A stretch of DNA of 8,148 nt from an uncultured archaeon (GCA_964426185.1 CAYRPF010000025.1:1-8148), one strand, 5' to 3'; shown: positions 1 through 7,129, counted from the first letter of the stretch. The notes: generated by a model from the letters alone, not told the origin. Numbers and translations are program-made.

Positions 1-27
1 TGAACCATCTAATTTCATAATTTTTAT

Positions 28-44
28 AGAAGTTTATTTATATA
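28..44 (+). promoter_or_regulatory. Putative archaeal promoter (purine-rich BRE-like AGAAG plus TATA box) for a leaderless PIN gene transcript
   Basis: AGAAG at 28-32 is followed by TTTATTTATATA. TTTATATA at 37-44 is centred about 26 nt upstream of ATG 66, and there is no Shine-Dalgarno. The region is very AT-rich, so a chance match is possible. Confidence 0.5.
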
Positions 45-65
45 TTTTTTTCTATTATTTTTATT

Positions 66-563
66 ATGACAATCCAAATATATATTGATACTTATACTTG
101 GGCAAAAATCGATTATCTTTCAGAAGAAAACATAATTCAAACTGAAATTCTCACAAACATTGCTAAAGTGGGAAATATTTGTATCACACCAGAGATCCAG
201 GAAGAAATAGAATATTTTCAAATAACATCATGGAACAATCGAAAAACTTTTGTTATACCTGTTCAAAATGAAGAAATCTACCGAAGAGTTCAGAATGATG
301 GATTCGATGCTGCAGATGCCAGTCTTATCGCAAATTTAAATACTGAAAGTGCAATTGGAATTACTGAAGATCGACCTTTATTGAAATATGCAGTGTTGAA
401 TCATTATGATATTCTTTTTCTAGTAGATTTTCTTAAACGATTAGTCCAACTTCAAATAATGAAGAAAAATGAATTTTATCGCATAAATAAAGCGTTATAT
501 CAAGTTCGGAATATAAAAAAGAGCCATTTTGAGAAGAATAAGCTATTTGCACAAAGATTTTAA
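66..563 (+). CDS. PIN-domain (VapC/DUF3368-like) putative ribonuclease, 165 aa
   Basis: Acidic PIN-fold pattern in the expected order: N-terminal strand IYIDT, ITPEIQEE helix, FDAADASLIA, GITEDRPL. The C-terminal helix LVDFLKRLVQLQIM resembles DUF3368-type tails. Confidence 0.7.
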   Translation: MTIQIYIDTYTWAKIDYLSEENIIQTEILTNIAKVGNICITPEIQEEIEYFQITSWNNRKTFVIPVQNEEIYRRVQNDGFDAADASLIANLNTESAIGITEDRPLLKYAVLNHYDILFLVDFLKRLVQLQIMKKNEFYRINKALYQVRNIKKSHFEKNKLFAQRF

Positions 564-576
564 CAGTTAAACAGTC

Positions 577-1692
577 TCAGTCTTCTTTAAGTTCATCCAA
601 ACTTTCCAGCTTCACAGTTTGAAAGTGAAATTTATGACAATCTTCGCAGTAAAGCACAGCCCGCGTTATAAAATATCCATTATGAATTTGAAATTGCCCT
701 TTTCGCTTATCCAGCCCAAAATTTATATGAAGTGAGTCGCAGTAGGGACAATTAGTAATTTCTGAGATAGTAGGATAATTTTTCTGATAAGGTTTGTCTC
801 GAAGCTGATTCTTCACAGCATCATGAAGCATCGGCTTTTCAAACGGTAATCCCTTTTTTGCATTATCCATATCATATTCGGGAAGTCCATCTTCATATTT
901 CCCGAGTTCTCTGAAAATCTGCCCATCTTTGATAATTAAAGTTCGATCGGCAATTTTTCGTAAGGAAGGATCGTGGGTAACAATGATAATAGATTTACTT
1001 GGATTTTTTTCAATGAATTCTTGAAAAAGCTTAATTACTTTTTCAGAGGTAACTGAATCGATATTTCCGGTTGGTTCATCAGCTAAAATAACTGTAGGAT
1101 CATTAGCAAAAGCCATGGCAATGGCAACGCGCTGTTTTTCACCTCCTGATAAGGTGAATGGTCGGTGATGTTTTCGATCGTGTAAATCCACCAGATCAAT
1201 TAATTCTTGAACTCTTTTTTCTTTATATTCTTGATCTTTTTCCGCAATAACCATTGGGAGACTGATGTTTCCCGCGGCGGTCAAACTTGGGATTAAATTA
1301 AAGAACTGAAAAACAATTCCAATCTCATTCTGTAGCACTTTTTGAATCGCATCATCAGTCATGTTCACAATATCGAATCCCCTAAGGTGAATATGGCCAG
1401 CAGATGGCCGATCTAAGCCAGCAATACAGTTCAGCAAGGTAGTTTTCCCCGAACCAGATGGACCCATGATCACGACGATTTCACCGCTGTATACTTTCAA
1501 ATTGATGTTCTTAAGGGCGACGACTTCCAGTTCACCTTGCCGGAATATGCGATAAACATTTTCCACGTGCACATTTAAGGTTTTTTTGTTTGAATCTTGT
1601 GTAAATGTATTATAATTGCCTAATTTTTCATCAGAAGGAGTGGTTTCGGCAGGTTTGGAAGAATTTATGGAAGAAGAAGGTGTATCAGTCAT
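577..1692 (-). CDS. ABC transporter ATP-binding protein, LolD/MacB (type VII) family, with C-terminal putative Zn-ribbon extension, 371 aa
   Basis: Walker A GPSGSGKT, Q-loop GIVFQFFNLIP, signature LSGGEKQRVAIA, Walker B/D-loop ILADEPTGNID, H-loop VTHD. It lies downstream of an FtsX-type permease on the same strand. CPYC at aa 315-318 and CEDC at aa 349-352. Confidence 0.95.
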   Translation of the reverse strand: MTDTPSSSINSSKPAETTPSDEKLGNYNTFTQDSNKKTLNVHVENVYRIFRQGELEVVALKNINLKVYSGEIVVIMGPSGSGKTTLLNCIAGLDRPSAGHIHLRGFDIVNMTDDAIQKVLQNEIGIVFQFFNLIPSLTAAGNISLPMVIAEKDQEYKEKRVQELIDLVDLHDRKHHRPFTLSGGEKQRVAIAMAFANDPTVILADEPTGNIDSVTSEKVIKLFQEFIEKNPSKSIIIVTHDPSLRKIADRTLIIKDGQIFRELGKYEDGLPEYDMDNAKKGLPFEKPMLHDAVKNQLRDKPYQKNYPTISEITNCPYCDSLHINFGLDKRKGQFQIHNGYFITRAVLYCEDCHKFHFQTVKLESLDELKED

Positions 1693-1703
1693 TTTTTTTC
1701 AAC

Positions 1704-1763
1704 TTTTAGATTTATTTTTAGTTTTATTTTTAGATTTATTTTTAGATTTATTTTTAGATTTAT
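1704..1763. repeat. 12-bp tandem repeat, 5 copies, unit TTTTAGATTTAT
   Basis: Copies start at 1704, 1716 (one A>T substitution at 1722), 1728, 1740 and 1752. Confidence 0.95.
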
Positions 1764-1821
1764 TTGGTATTGATTTAGTATAGATTTGGTATTGATTTGA
1801 TATTTGATTTGGTATTGATTT
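1762..1821. repeat. 15-bp direct repeat ATTTGGTATTGATTT, 3 exact copies with 7- and 8-nt spacers
   Basis: Copies at 1762-1776, 1784-1798 and 1807-1821. Spacers are AGTATAG and GATATTTG, giving periods of 22 and 23 bp. Confidence 0.9.
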
Positions 1822-1845
1822 GATTTTTGATTTAATATAATCTTG

Positions 1846-1852
1846 AAAAAAA
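1846..1852 (-). terminator. Possible archaeal oligo(U) terminator directly after the permease stop
   Basis: T7 on the - strand immediately follows TAA (1855-1853). A small CGGG/CCCG stem at 1861-1876 lies just upstream. Confidence 0.3.
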
Positions 1853-4800
1853 TTAGAACTCGGGCAAATATTCCCGGATATTTCGCTTGGTTTCAAAGTA
1901 AAACGATATTAGGTAGACAACAAAGGTTAGTCCGATTATGGAACACAGCATCCAGACAATATCCAATGTTTTAGCATAGATTGGAAGATTGATATTTTGA
2001 TAACTTAATTCAGTGCGTTGAAAAATCTGCATTAAAACCAAACCAGAAATATATCCACCTAATATTCCAAATCCTAACGCAATTATGAAAACAATCGAAA
2101 TTTGGGTCAAAATTAACTTAAGCAACCCCTTCCAGCCCATACCTCTGGAGAGAAAGACACCGTTTTCAAACTTATTCTGCCGTTGTATCCCTAACGTAAT
2201 CAAAGCTAAAGTTAAAGCCAGAATTCCACCGATAATGAAAAACTCTAATTGAATTATTTCGTAGAAATACAAAATTGTGTCATCAAACGGAGAAATCGAT
2301 CCTGAACCTATTTCTACAAATAAATTGGGATTATATATATTAAAATAAGATGGATCGAACCAATTAAACTGAATCTGTTGGAGTAAATACAAAAGATGGG
2401 AAGAATTCTTAAGTTGAGTCGAATCTACATCCAATATTTGATTTATTTCATAATACTGATACGAAATTGATGAATCTCCAGAATAACCAGAATCAAAATC
2501 TAAAAACATAGGCCCAAAGTCGGTTGGAAGTAGACTTAAATTTAAAATAACCTCATTTTGAGAATAATAATAATAATTAGGAGCCATACCTGGGAAAAAC
2601 GGGAGTGATTCTACAATTTTAACAGTATATGTAATCGAACATAATTCTTCATCTGTATAGTTGTAATAATAAAGAGGAATATTTACAATATCGCCAACTT
2701 CTTTATTATGAATGTGCAAAAAGCTTGGATTCACTACCATTCCAGGATAATTTTGACTCGAATTTGAAAAATAACGATTAATTGCTTCAATTTTGTGAGA
2801 AAATTCTTTATTAGGTATTAATTTGTCATCTTCAGTAATCGCCGATAGATATTTTACAACATCAATGAAATATAGGTTTCTTCTATTTATATCATTCCCC
2901 CAAGAATAAGAGGTTATTTGAAATGAGGTGACCACATTATTTATGAAAGATTGGTTGTTTTCATCTTTTTGGGTTATGATTTGATTTTCACGAGTAATAA
3001 TTTCAGACAATGAAACAGGAACGGAACGATTGTGTAGATAATATGCATTATCATTTATCCGGAAATTAACATCTCCACCTACTTGAAGATTATCATTAAT
3101 TGTTTCATAAGCTTGCATAGAATAAAGAGCAATATTAGAAAATACTAGCAGAGAGCAGAATAATCCGCAAATTATCATGAATTGAATATATGCTTGTTGC
3201 TTGACCATTTGCAGAGAAACGATGAAATTTTTTTTTTTCACAAAGGGATAAGCTAATTTTTTGACCAAATGGGCAAACCGGCTGGGATTTTCTTTTGTGA
3301 AAAATCGAATAAAACCTAAAACTAATAAAACAGGAGAAAATACTGAAAATAAATATAAAGTCGAGAAATTAGGCAAAAGAGTTTCTTCAACGAAAATTAT
3401 CAATCCGTTAGGTGCAAAAGGTAAATTACTTAAAATAACAAGAAAATAAGCAAAGAGCGGAATGAGAGAGAAAATAATGAAATAGATTCCAATTTTGTGG
3501 ATTTTTCGCTCTTTTTTGCGGATCTGATTTTGATAAACTTTTGTTCGATTTCTCTTCTTCTTATTCTGAAATCTTTGGTTCCATAATATTTTGAAGGTTG
3601 ATTTTTCTTTTTTAACTGCATTTTGGCGTAGAAATGGAGTATCTTCTAGTTCTATCCCATCTTTTTTCTTTTTTTGAAAGAGAGTGCGTTCATCATATTC
3701 CACATCTAATGAATCTGCTCCTATTGTAGATAGCAATTGATTAGTTTCTTTCTTATTAATAAAGCGTATCGAAGGGATTGAAGAAATTAACAACAAAATT
3801 ATACTGCTGGCATAAGTATAAATCACAGAATAAAGAGATATCCTTAACGGAATCGATCTCGTTAATGAATTCTCAAAAAACACAGAAAAGAGAGGTTTTA
3901 AGATGTGAAATAACCCAATACCACCAAAAAAACCAATGGTTCCGCCAATTAATCCAATCATTAAGGATTGCATAATAAATTGTCGTCGAACCATTTTTCG
4001 TGGAATGCCTTTGCTACGTAGAAGCAGAAATTCGCGTTGGCGCTCTTTGGTATTTAGGCGTATCGAAAAATTTCCAATATAAAACGCACTTAATATAATG
4101 GGAACATTGAAAATCTGCAAAATAATTCGCATTCCTAAAATTTCTTGAGTAAAGCTTTCCAAGGCTCGAAGTAAATATAACCTAAAAGCAGGTTTTCCAT
4201 TTTCTAAATAAAAGGATTCATAATTGCTCAAAAAGATCGCAAAATTATTCTCAAGTTGACGTTTAAAGCTGATAATATTTCGATAGGACATCTTTGATTT
4301 ATCAATTTCACCATAAATTCCAAGGTCGTATCGACTAACATAAAATTGGGAAGTAGAATTAAGTTTTTGATTTTGTTCATACCAGTAATGCTCAAGTTTA
4401 TAAAAGGGATGATTAGAAAATAAGATGCCACTTTCTGACTGATTTAAGCACCCAAAAATTAGATTTTGATCCTCAATCCAAAAAGCTCTAGAGGTAGAGA
4501 CTTTTTGTTGAATTTCGGTATCAAAATAACTACTCCACCAAAGGTTATAATCACCCATTTTAAAATCCTGATACTTTGGCATATAGGTTCCTGCTAAAGT
4601 CATATTTAAATAGGAGTTAAAAGTCGAATTATAGATATTGGAATGATATGAAGATGAATTAAAATGAATTGAAAATGTTGATCCAATGGTCAAATTAAAA
4701 TAACGCGCTAATTCATCCGAAATTAAAATTGAATTTTCTGAATTCGGATATGTTCCAGAATAAATATAAAAATAATCTTGGAAGGAGGACGATTGATAAA

Positions 4801-5179
4801 AATCAGGTGTTGAAAAAATAAATTGAGGACTCCACTCTTCATCTTCTATGGAATAGGCAGAAATATGATAACAATAATATTCGATCATTGGAAACATGTT
4901 TTCAGGTGCAAGATTATTATCTTGAAGAAGTGAAGTTAATTTTTCTTGCTTTTCTAAAGAAAGAAAGTCATCCAAGGGATTAGAAACCCGAGATTTTTCC
5001 ACTCCATAATCAAAAAGGTTGTAAAATGATTCTTCCAGTGCTTGAGTTTGATAAGAATCAAGATAAAAATTCACACCGGAAATTAGGCTTACTCCAAGAC
5101 CAATAGCAAACAGGGTTAATAAAGATTTTGCGATAGCAGTGCGACCTTGATGAAAATAAAAATTTAACTGATTTAGCAT
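1853..5179 (-). CDS. Large FtsX/MacB-like (type VII) ABC transporter permease with two modules, 1108 aa
   Basis: N-terminal TM (LLTLFAIGLGVSLISGV), then a large extracytoplasmic domain with MacB-PCD-like GTYPNSENSILISDELARYFNLTIG. First FtsX coupling motif ERQREFLLLRSKGIPRKMV. A second extracytoplasmic domain follows GGDV, then a second coupling motif QNKFENGVFLSRGMG and C-terminal TMs. Confidence 0.92.
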   Translation of the reverse strand: MLNQLNFYFHQGRTAIAKSLLTLFAIGLGVSLISGVNFYLDSYQTQALEESFYNLFDYGVEKSRVSNPLDDFLSLEKQEKLTSLLQDNNLAPENMFPMIEYYCYHISAYSIEDEEWSPQFIFSTPDFYQSSSFQDYFYIYSGTYPNSENSILISDELARYFNLTIGSTFSIHFNSSSYHSNIYNSTFNSYLNMTLAGTYMPKYQDFKMGDYNLWWSSYFDTEIQQKVSTSRAFWIEDQNLIFGCLNQSESGILFSNHPFYKLEHYWYEQNQKLNSTSQFYVSRYDLGIYGEIDKSKMSYRNIISFKRQLENNFAIFLSNYESFYLENGKPAFRLYLLRALESFTQEILGMRIILQIFNVPIILSAFYIGNFSIRLNTKERQREFLLLRSKGIPRKMVRRQFIMQSLMIGLIGGTIGFFGGIGLFHILKPLFSVFFENSLTRSIPLRISLYSVIYTYASSIILLLISSIPSIRFINKKETNQLLSTIGADSLDVEYDERTLFQKKKKDGIELEDTPFLRQNAVKKEKSTFKILWNQRFQNKKKRNRTKVYQNQIRKKERKIHKIGIYFIIFSLIPLFAYFLVILSNLPFAPNGLIIFVEETLLPNFSTLYLFSVFSPVLLVLGFIRFFTKENPSRFAHLVKKLAYPFVKKKNFIVSLQMVKQQAYIQFMIICGLFCSLLVFSNIALYSMQAYETINDNLQVGGDVNFRINDNAYYLHNRSVPVSLSEIITRENQIITQKDENNQSFINNVVTSFQITSYSWGNDINRRNLYFIDVVKYLSAITEDDKLIPNKEFSHKIEAINRYFSNSSQNYPGMVVNPSFLHIHNKEVGDIVNIPLYYYNYTDEELCSITYTVKIVESLPFFPGMAPNYYYYSQNEVILNLSLLPTDFGPMFLDFDSGYSGDSSISYQYYEINQILDVDSTQLKNSSHLLYLLQQIQFNWFDPSYFNIYNPNLFVEIGSGSISPFDDTILYFYEIIQLEFFIIGGILALTLALITLGIQRQNKFENGVFLSRGMGWKGLLKLILTQISIVFIIALGFGILGGYISGLVLMQIFQRTELSYQNINLPIYAKTLDIVWMLCSIIGLTFVVYLISFYFETKRNIREYLPEF

Positions 5180-5324
5180 TTGAGTGAGAACACTTCTAAT
5201 TTTGAATAAAAAATATTCAGAACACTAATTAAAAAATCTTACTGCGAGGGAGAAAAAAGAATATTAAATTGAAATAAGAAGCTTTTTATGATTAAAAATA
5301 GCAACTGAAATTAGGAAAAACATA
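5180..5324. promoter_or_regulatory. Divergent promoter region between the two ABC operons, with candidate operator sites
   Basis: 145-bp AT-rich gap between divergent starts. Inverted repeat TGAATA-N5-TATTCA (5203-5219), direct repeat AGAACACT (5187-5194, 5219-5226), AGAAG-CTTTTTAT BRE/TATA-like element (5277-5289), SD-like AGGA (5313-5316). Confidence 0.6.
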
Positions 5325-6311
5325 ATGGCGCAGAAAAAAGCTTTAATCGTCCAACATCTTAAGAAATACTACCAGCATGGAAAAGTTAAGGCGGTAGATG
5401 ATATAAGTTTTGATATTTCGCAAGGGGAACGCTTTGGTTTTCTGGGACCAAACGGAGCGGGAAAAACCACAACGCTTCGGAGTATCTTAGGATTACTGCA
5501 ATTAAATGGAGGTGAAATTTCCATATTTGGAAAAGAAATTACTCCAAATAAGGATATCAACTACCGAAACGATATTGGATATATTCCGGGTGAATTAGGT
5601 ATCTATAAAGAAAAAAACGCTACTCAATTTCTTCATTACATGAGTGCTTTATACGATGGAGAGATTGATTGGAAATATGTTGCTGAAATTGCAGAAAGAC
5701 TCCAACTGGAGATGAATCGCCCAATAGGACAATTATCTAAAGGAAATAGACAAAAAGTGGGCATATTAGCTGCTTTAATGCGTGATTTTCCTATACTTAT
5801 CTTAGATGAACCGACTTCTGGCTTAGATCCGATCATGCAAGCTGAATTTTATCAGATTTTAAAGGAACGGCAAGAACATTCAAATTGCACCATATTTCTC
5901 TCCAGTCATTTGCTTTATGAAGTTCAAAAATTCTGTGAGCGTGTAGCTATAATCCGAAAAGGAAAAATTGTAGAGATTTCCAGCATCAAAAAATTGATAA
6001 CCAAAAATCTGAAGAGAATCTATGTGGAATTGGCCAGTGACTTGGCTTCTGATGAACTACAAAATTTACTCCAAACAAAATTTCCTACTGTAATTATCGA
6101 AAAAGCCATTGGAAGAGAACTTATGCTTTTAGTAACGGAACAAGATAAATTACCTTTAATACGGGCTCTATCAACTCAAAATTTCGGAGGAGAACCCATT
6201 CAAGATATCAATATTAAAGAGAGCAGCTTGGAACATATTTTTATGCAGTATTATTCAGATGAAAAAACTGAAAATTCCAGAAAGTCATCAATGCAAGAGG
6301 TATCATCATGA
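5325..6311 (+). CDS. ABC-2 (DrrA/CcmA-like) exporter ATP-binding protein, 328 aa
   Basis: Walker A GPNGAGKTT, GYIPGE loop, signature LSKGNRQK, Walker B LILDEPTSGLDP, H-loop LSSH. C-terminal extension ends in SLEHIF, typical of this family. Confidence 0.95.
   Translation: MAQKKALIVQHLKKYYQHGKVKAVDDISFDISQGERFGFLGPNGAGKTTTLRSILGLLQLNGGEISIFGKEITPNKDINYRNDIGYIPGELGIYKEKNATQFLHYMSALYDGEIDWKYVAEIAERLQLEMNRPIGQLSKGNRQKVGILAALMRDFPILILDEPTSGLDPIMQAEFYQILKERQEHSNCTIFLSSHLLYEVQKFCERVAIIRKGKIVEISSIKKLITKNLKRIYVELASDLASDELQNLLQTKFPTVIIEKAIGRELMLLVTEQDKLPLIRALSTQNFGGEPIQDINIKESSLEHIFMQYYSDEKTENSRKSSMQEVSS
6297..6311 (+). promoter_or_regulatory. Shine-Dalgarno site plus ATGA start/stop overlap (translational coupling)
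   Basis: GAGGT at 6297-6301 lies 6 nt before ATG 6308-6310, which overlaps the ATPase TGA at 6309-6311. Confidence 0.75.
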
Positions 6312-7129
6312 AAATCAAATTTTTTCAAATCGCAAAAAATGAAATTCAGAAAAATCTGCGTTCAATATTGATTTTTTCGGGAATTATCGGCTTGATGTTT
6401 CTCTACTTAATGAATATGTTCGATCCGACTTTATTTGGTCAATTTAACGAGATACTGGAAAGTTATCCAGAATCTATCAAACAGATGGTGGGAGGAACCA
6501 TTGATTTGGCCACTATTGAAGGCTTTATGAACACCTATGTATTCACATTTGCTTGGATGTGGTTTGGAATTTATATTATGATTAGAACCGCTCAAGATAT
6601 TCCAGAGGAAATAGAAAATAAAACAATTGATATGGTTATATCCAAGCCGATCTCCAGATTAGAATATCTCTTTGGAAAAAAGATGCAGCAATTGTTAATG
6701 ATTCTCATGTTAATGCTTTTTACCTTTATCGGTATTGCAATAGGATTTGCCATGAACGAAGGGATTTCACTATCCGATTTAAATGGCAGTCATCTAGCTA
6801 TCACTTTCGTATGGATGATGTGCTTTTTGATAACATTGGAATCAACGGCATTGTTTTTCTCCACATTTCTGAATCCAAAGAAAGCAGTTGGACTGACGAT
6901 GGTTGTTTTCATTATATTCTTCTTTATTGGCACGTATTACGACATCATGGGAGAGTCGGTTCAATGGTTGAAGTATTTTAGTGTTTTCTACTATTATAAT
7001 ACCACCCCACTTATGCTTCACGGGACTATGGACAACGTAGTACGTGATATTCTCATTTTGGTTGGATATTCAGCTGTGATTACCACTTTAGGTGCAGTCA
7101 TTTTTAAGAAAAGAGACATCCCTGTTTGA
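6308..7129 (+). CDS. ABC-2 type transporter permease, 273 aa
   Basis: About 6 hydrophobic segments, family motif EEIENKTIDMVISKPISRLEYLFGK, C-terminal FKKRDI. Coupled to the upstream ATPase. Confidence 0.93.
   Translation: MKIKFFQIAKNEIQKNLRSILIFSGIIGLMFLYLMNMFDPTLFGQFNEILESYPESIKQMVGGTIDLATIEGFMNTYVFTFAWMWFGIYIMIRTAQDIPEEIENKTIDMVISKPISRLEYLFGKKMQQLLMILMLMLFTFIGIAIGFAMNEGISLSDLNGSHLAITFVWMMCFLITLESTALFFSTFLNPKKAVGLTMVVFIIFFFIGTYYDIMGESVQWLKYFSVFYYYNTTPLMLHGTMDNVVRDILILVGYSAVITTLGAVIFKKRDIPV

Noticed and set aside
1699-1701. Selenocysteine TGA fusing the repeat ORF to the ATPase
   Set aside because: The context is low-complexity S-stop-KK with no redox motif, and I see no recognisable SECIS. 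Generic readthrough is kept only as a hypothesis.
1762-1821. Mini CRISPR array (repeat-spacer-repeat)
   Set aside because: 15-bp repeats and 7-8 nt spacers are far too short, the sequence is low complexity, and no cas genes are in the window.
1699-1896. 65-aa ORF as a confident CDS
   Set aside because: It has a TTG start inside the permease and is made almost entirely of repeat sequence, so it is listed only as a finding.
3261-4431. Short ORFs 3261-3449, 3430-3621, 3778-3975 and 4228-4431
   Set aside because: All are nested in or antisense to the 1108-aa permease and show no motifs; they are shadow ORFs.
1853-5179. Diversity-generating retroelement target in the Tyr/Asn-rich ectodomains
   Set aside because: I saw no template/variable repeat pair and no reverse transcriptase in the window.
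5283-5298. Inverted repeat TTTTTA-TGAT-TAAAAA
   Set aside because: The arms are A/T only and expected by chance at this composition.
5575-5760. Degenerate ATPase (GYIPGE lacking the Q-loop Gln; LSKGN instead of LSGGQ)
   Set aside because: These variants are common in this ABC-2 ATPase subfamily, and Walker A, Walker B-Glu and the H-loop are intact.
5369-5836. Antisense ORFs 5369-5560 and 5636-5836
   Set aside because: They are reverse-complement shadows of the Walker A/B regions of the ABC ATPase.
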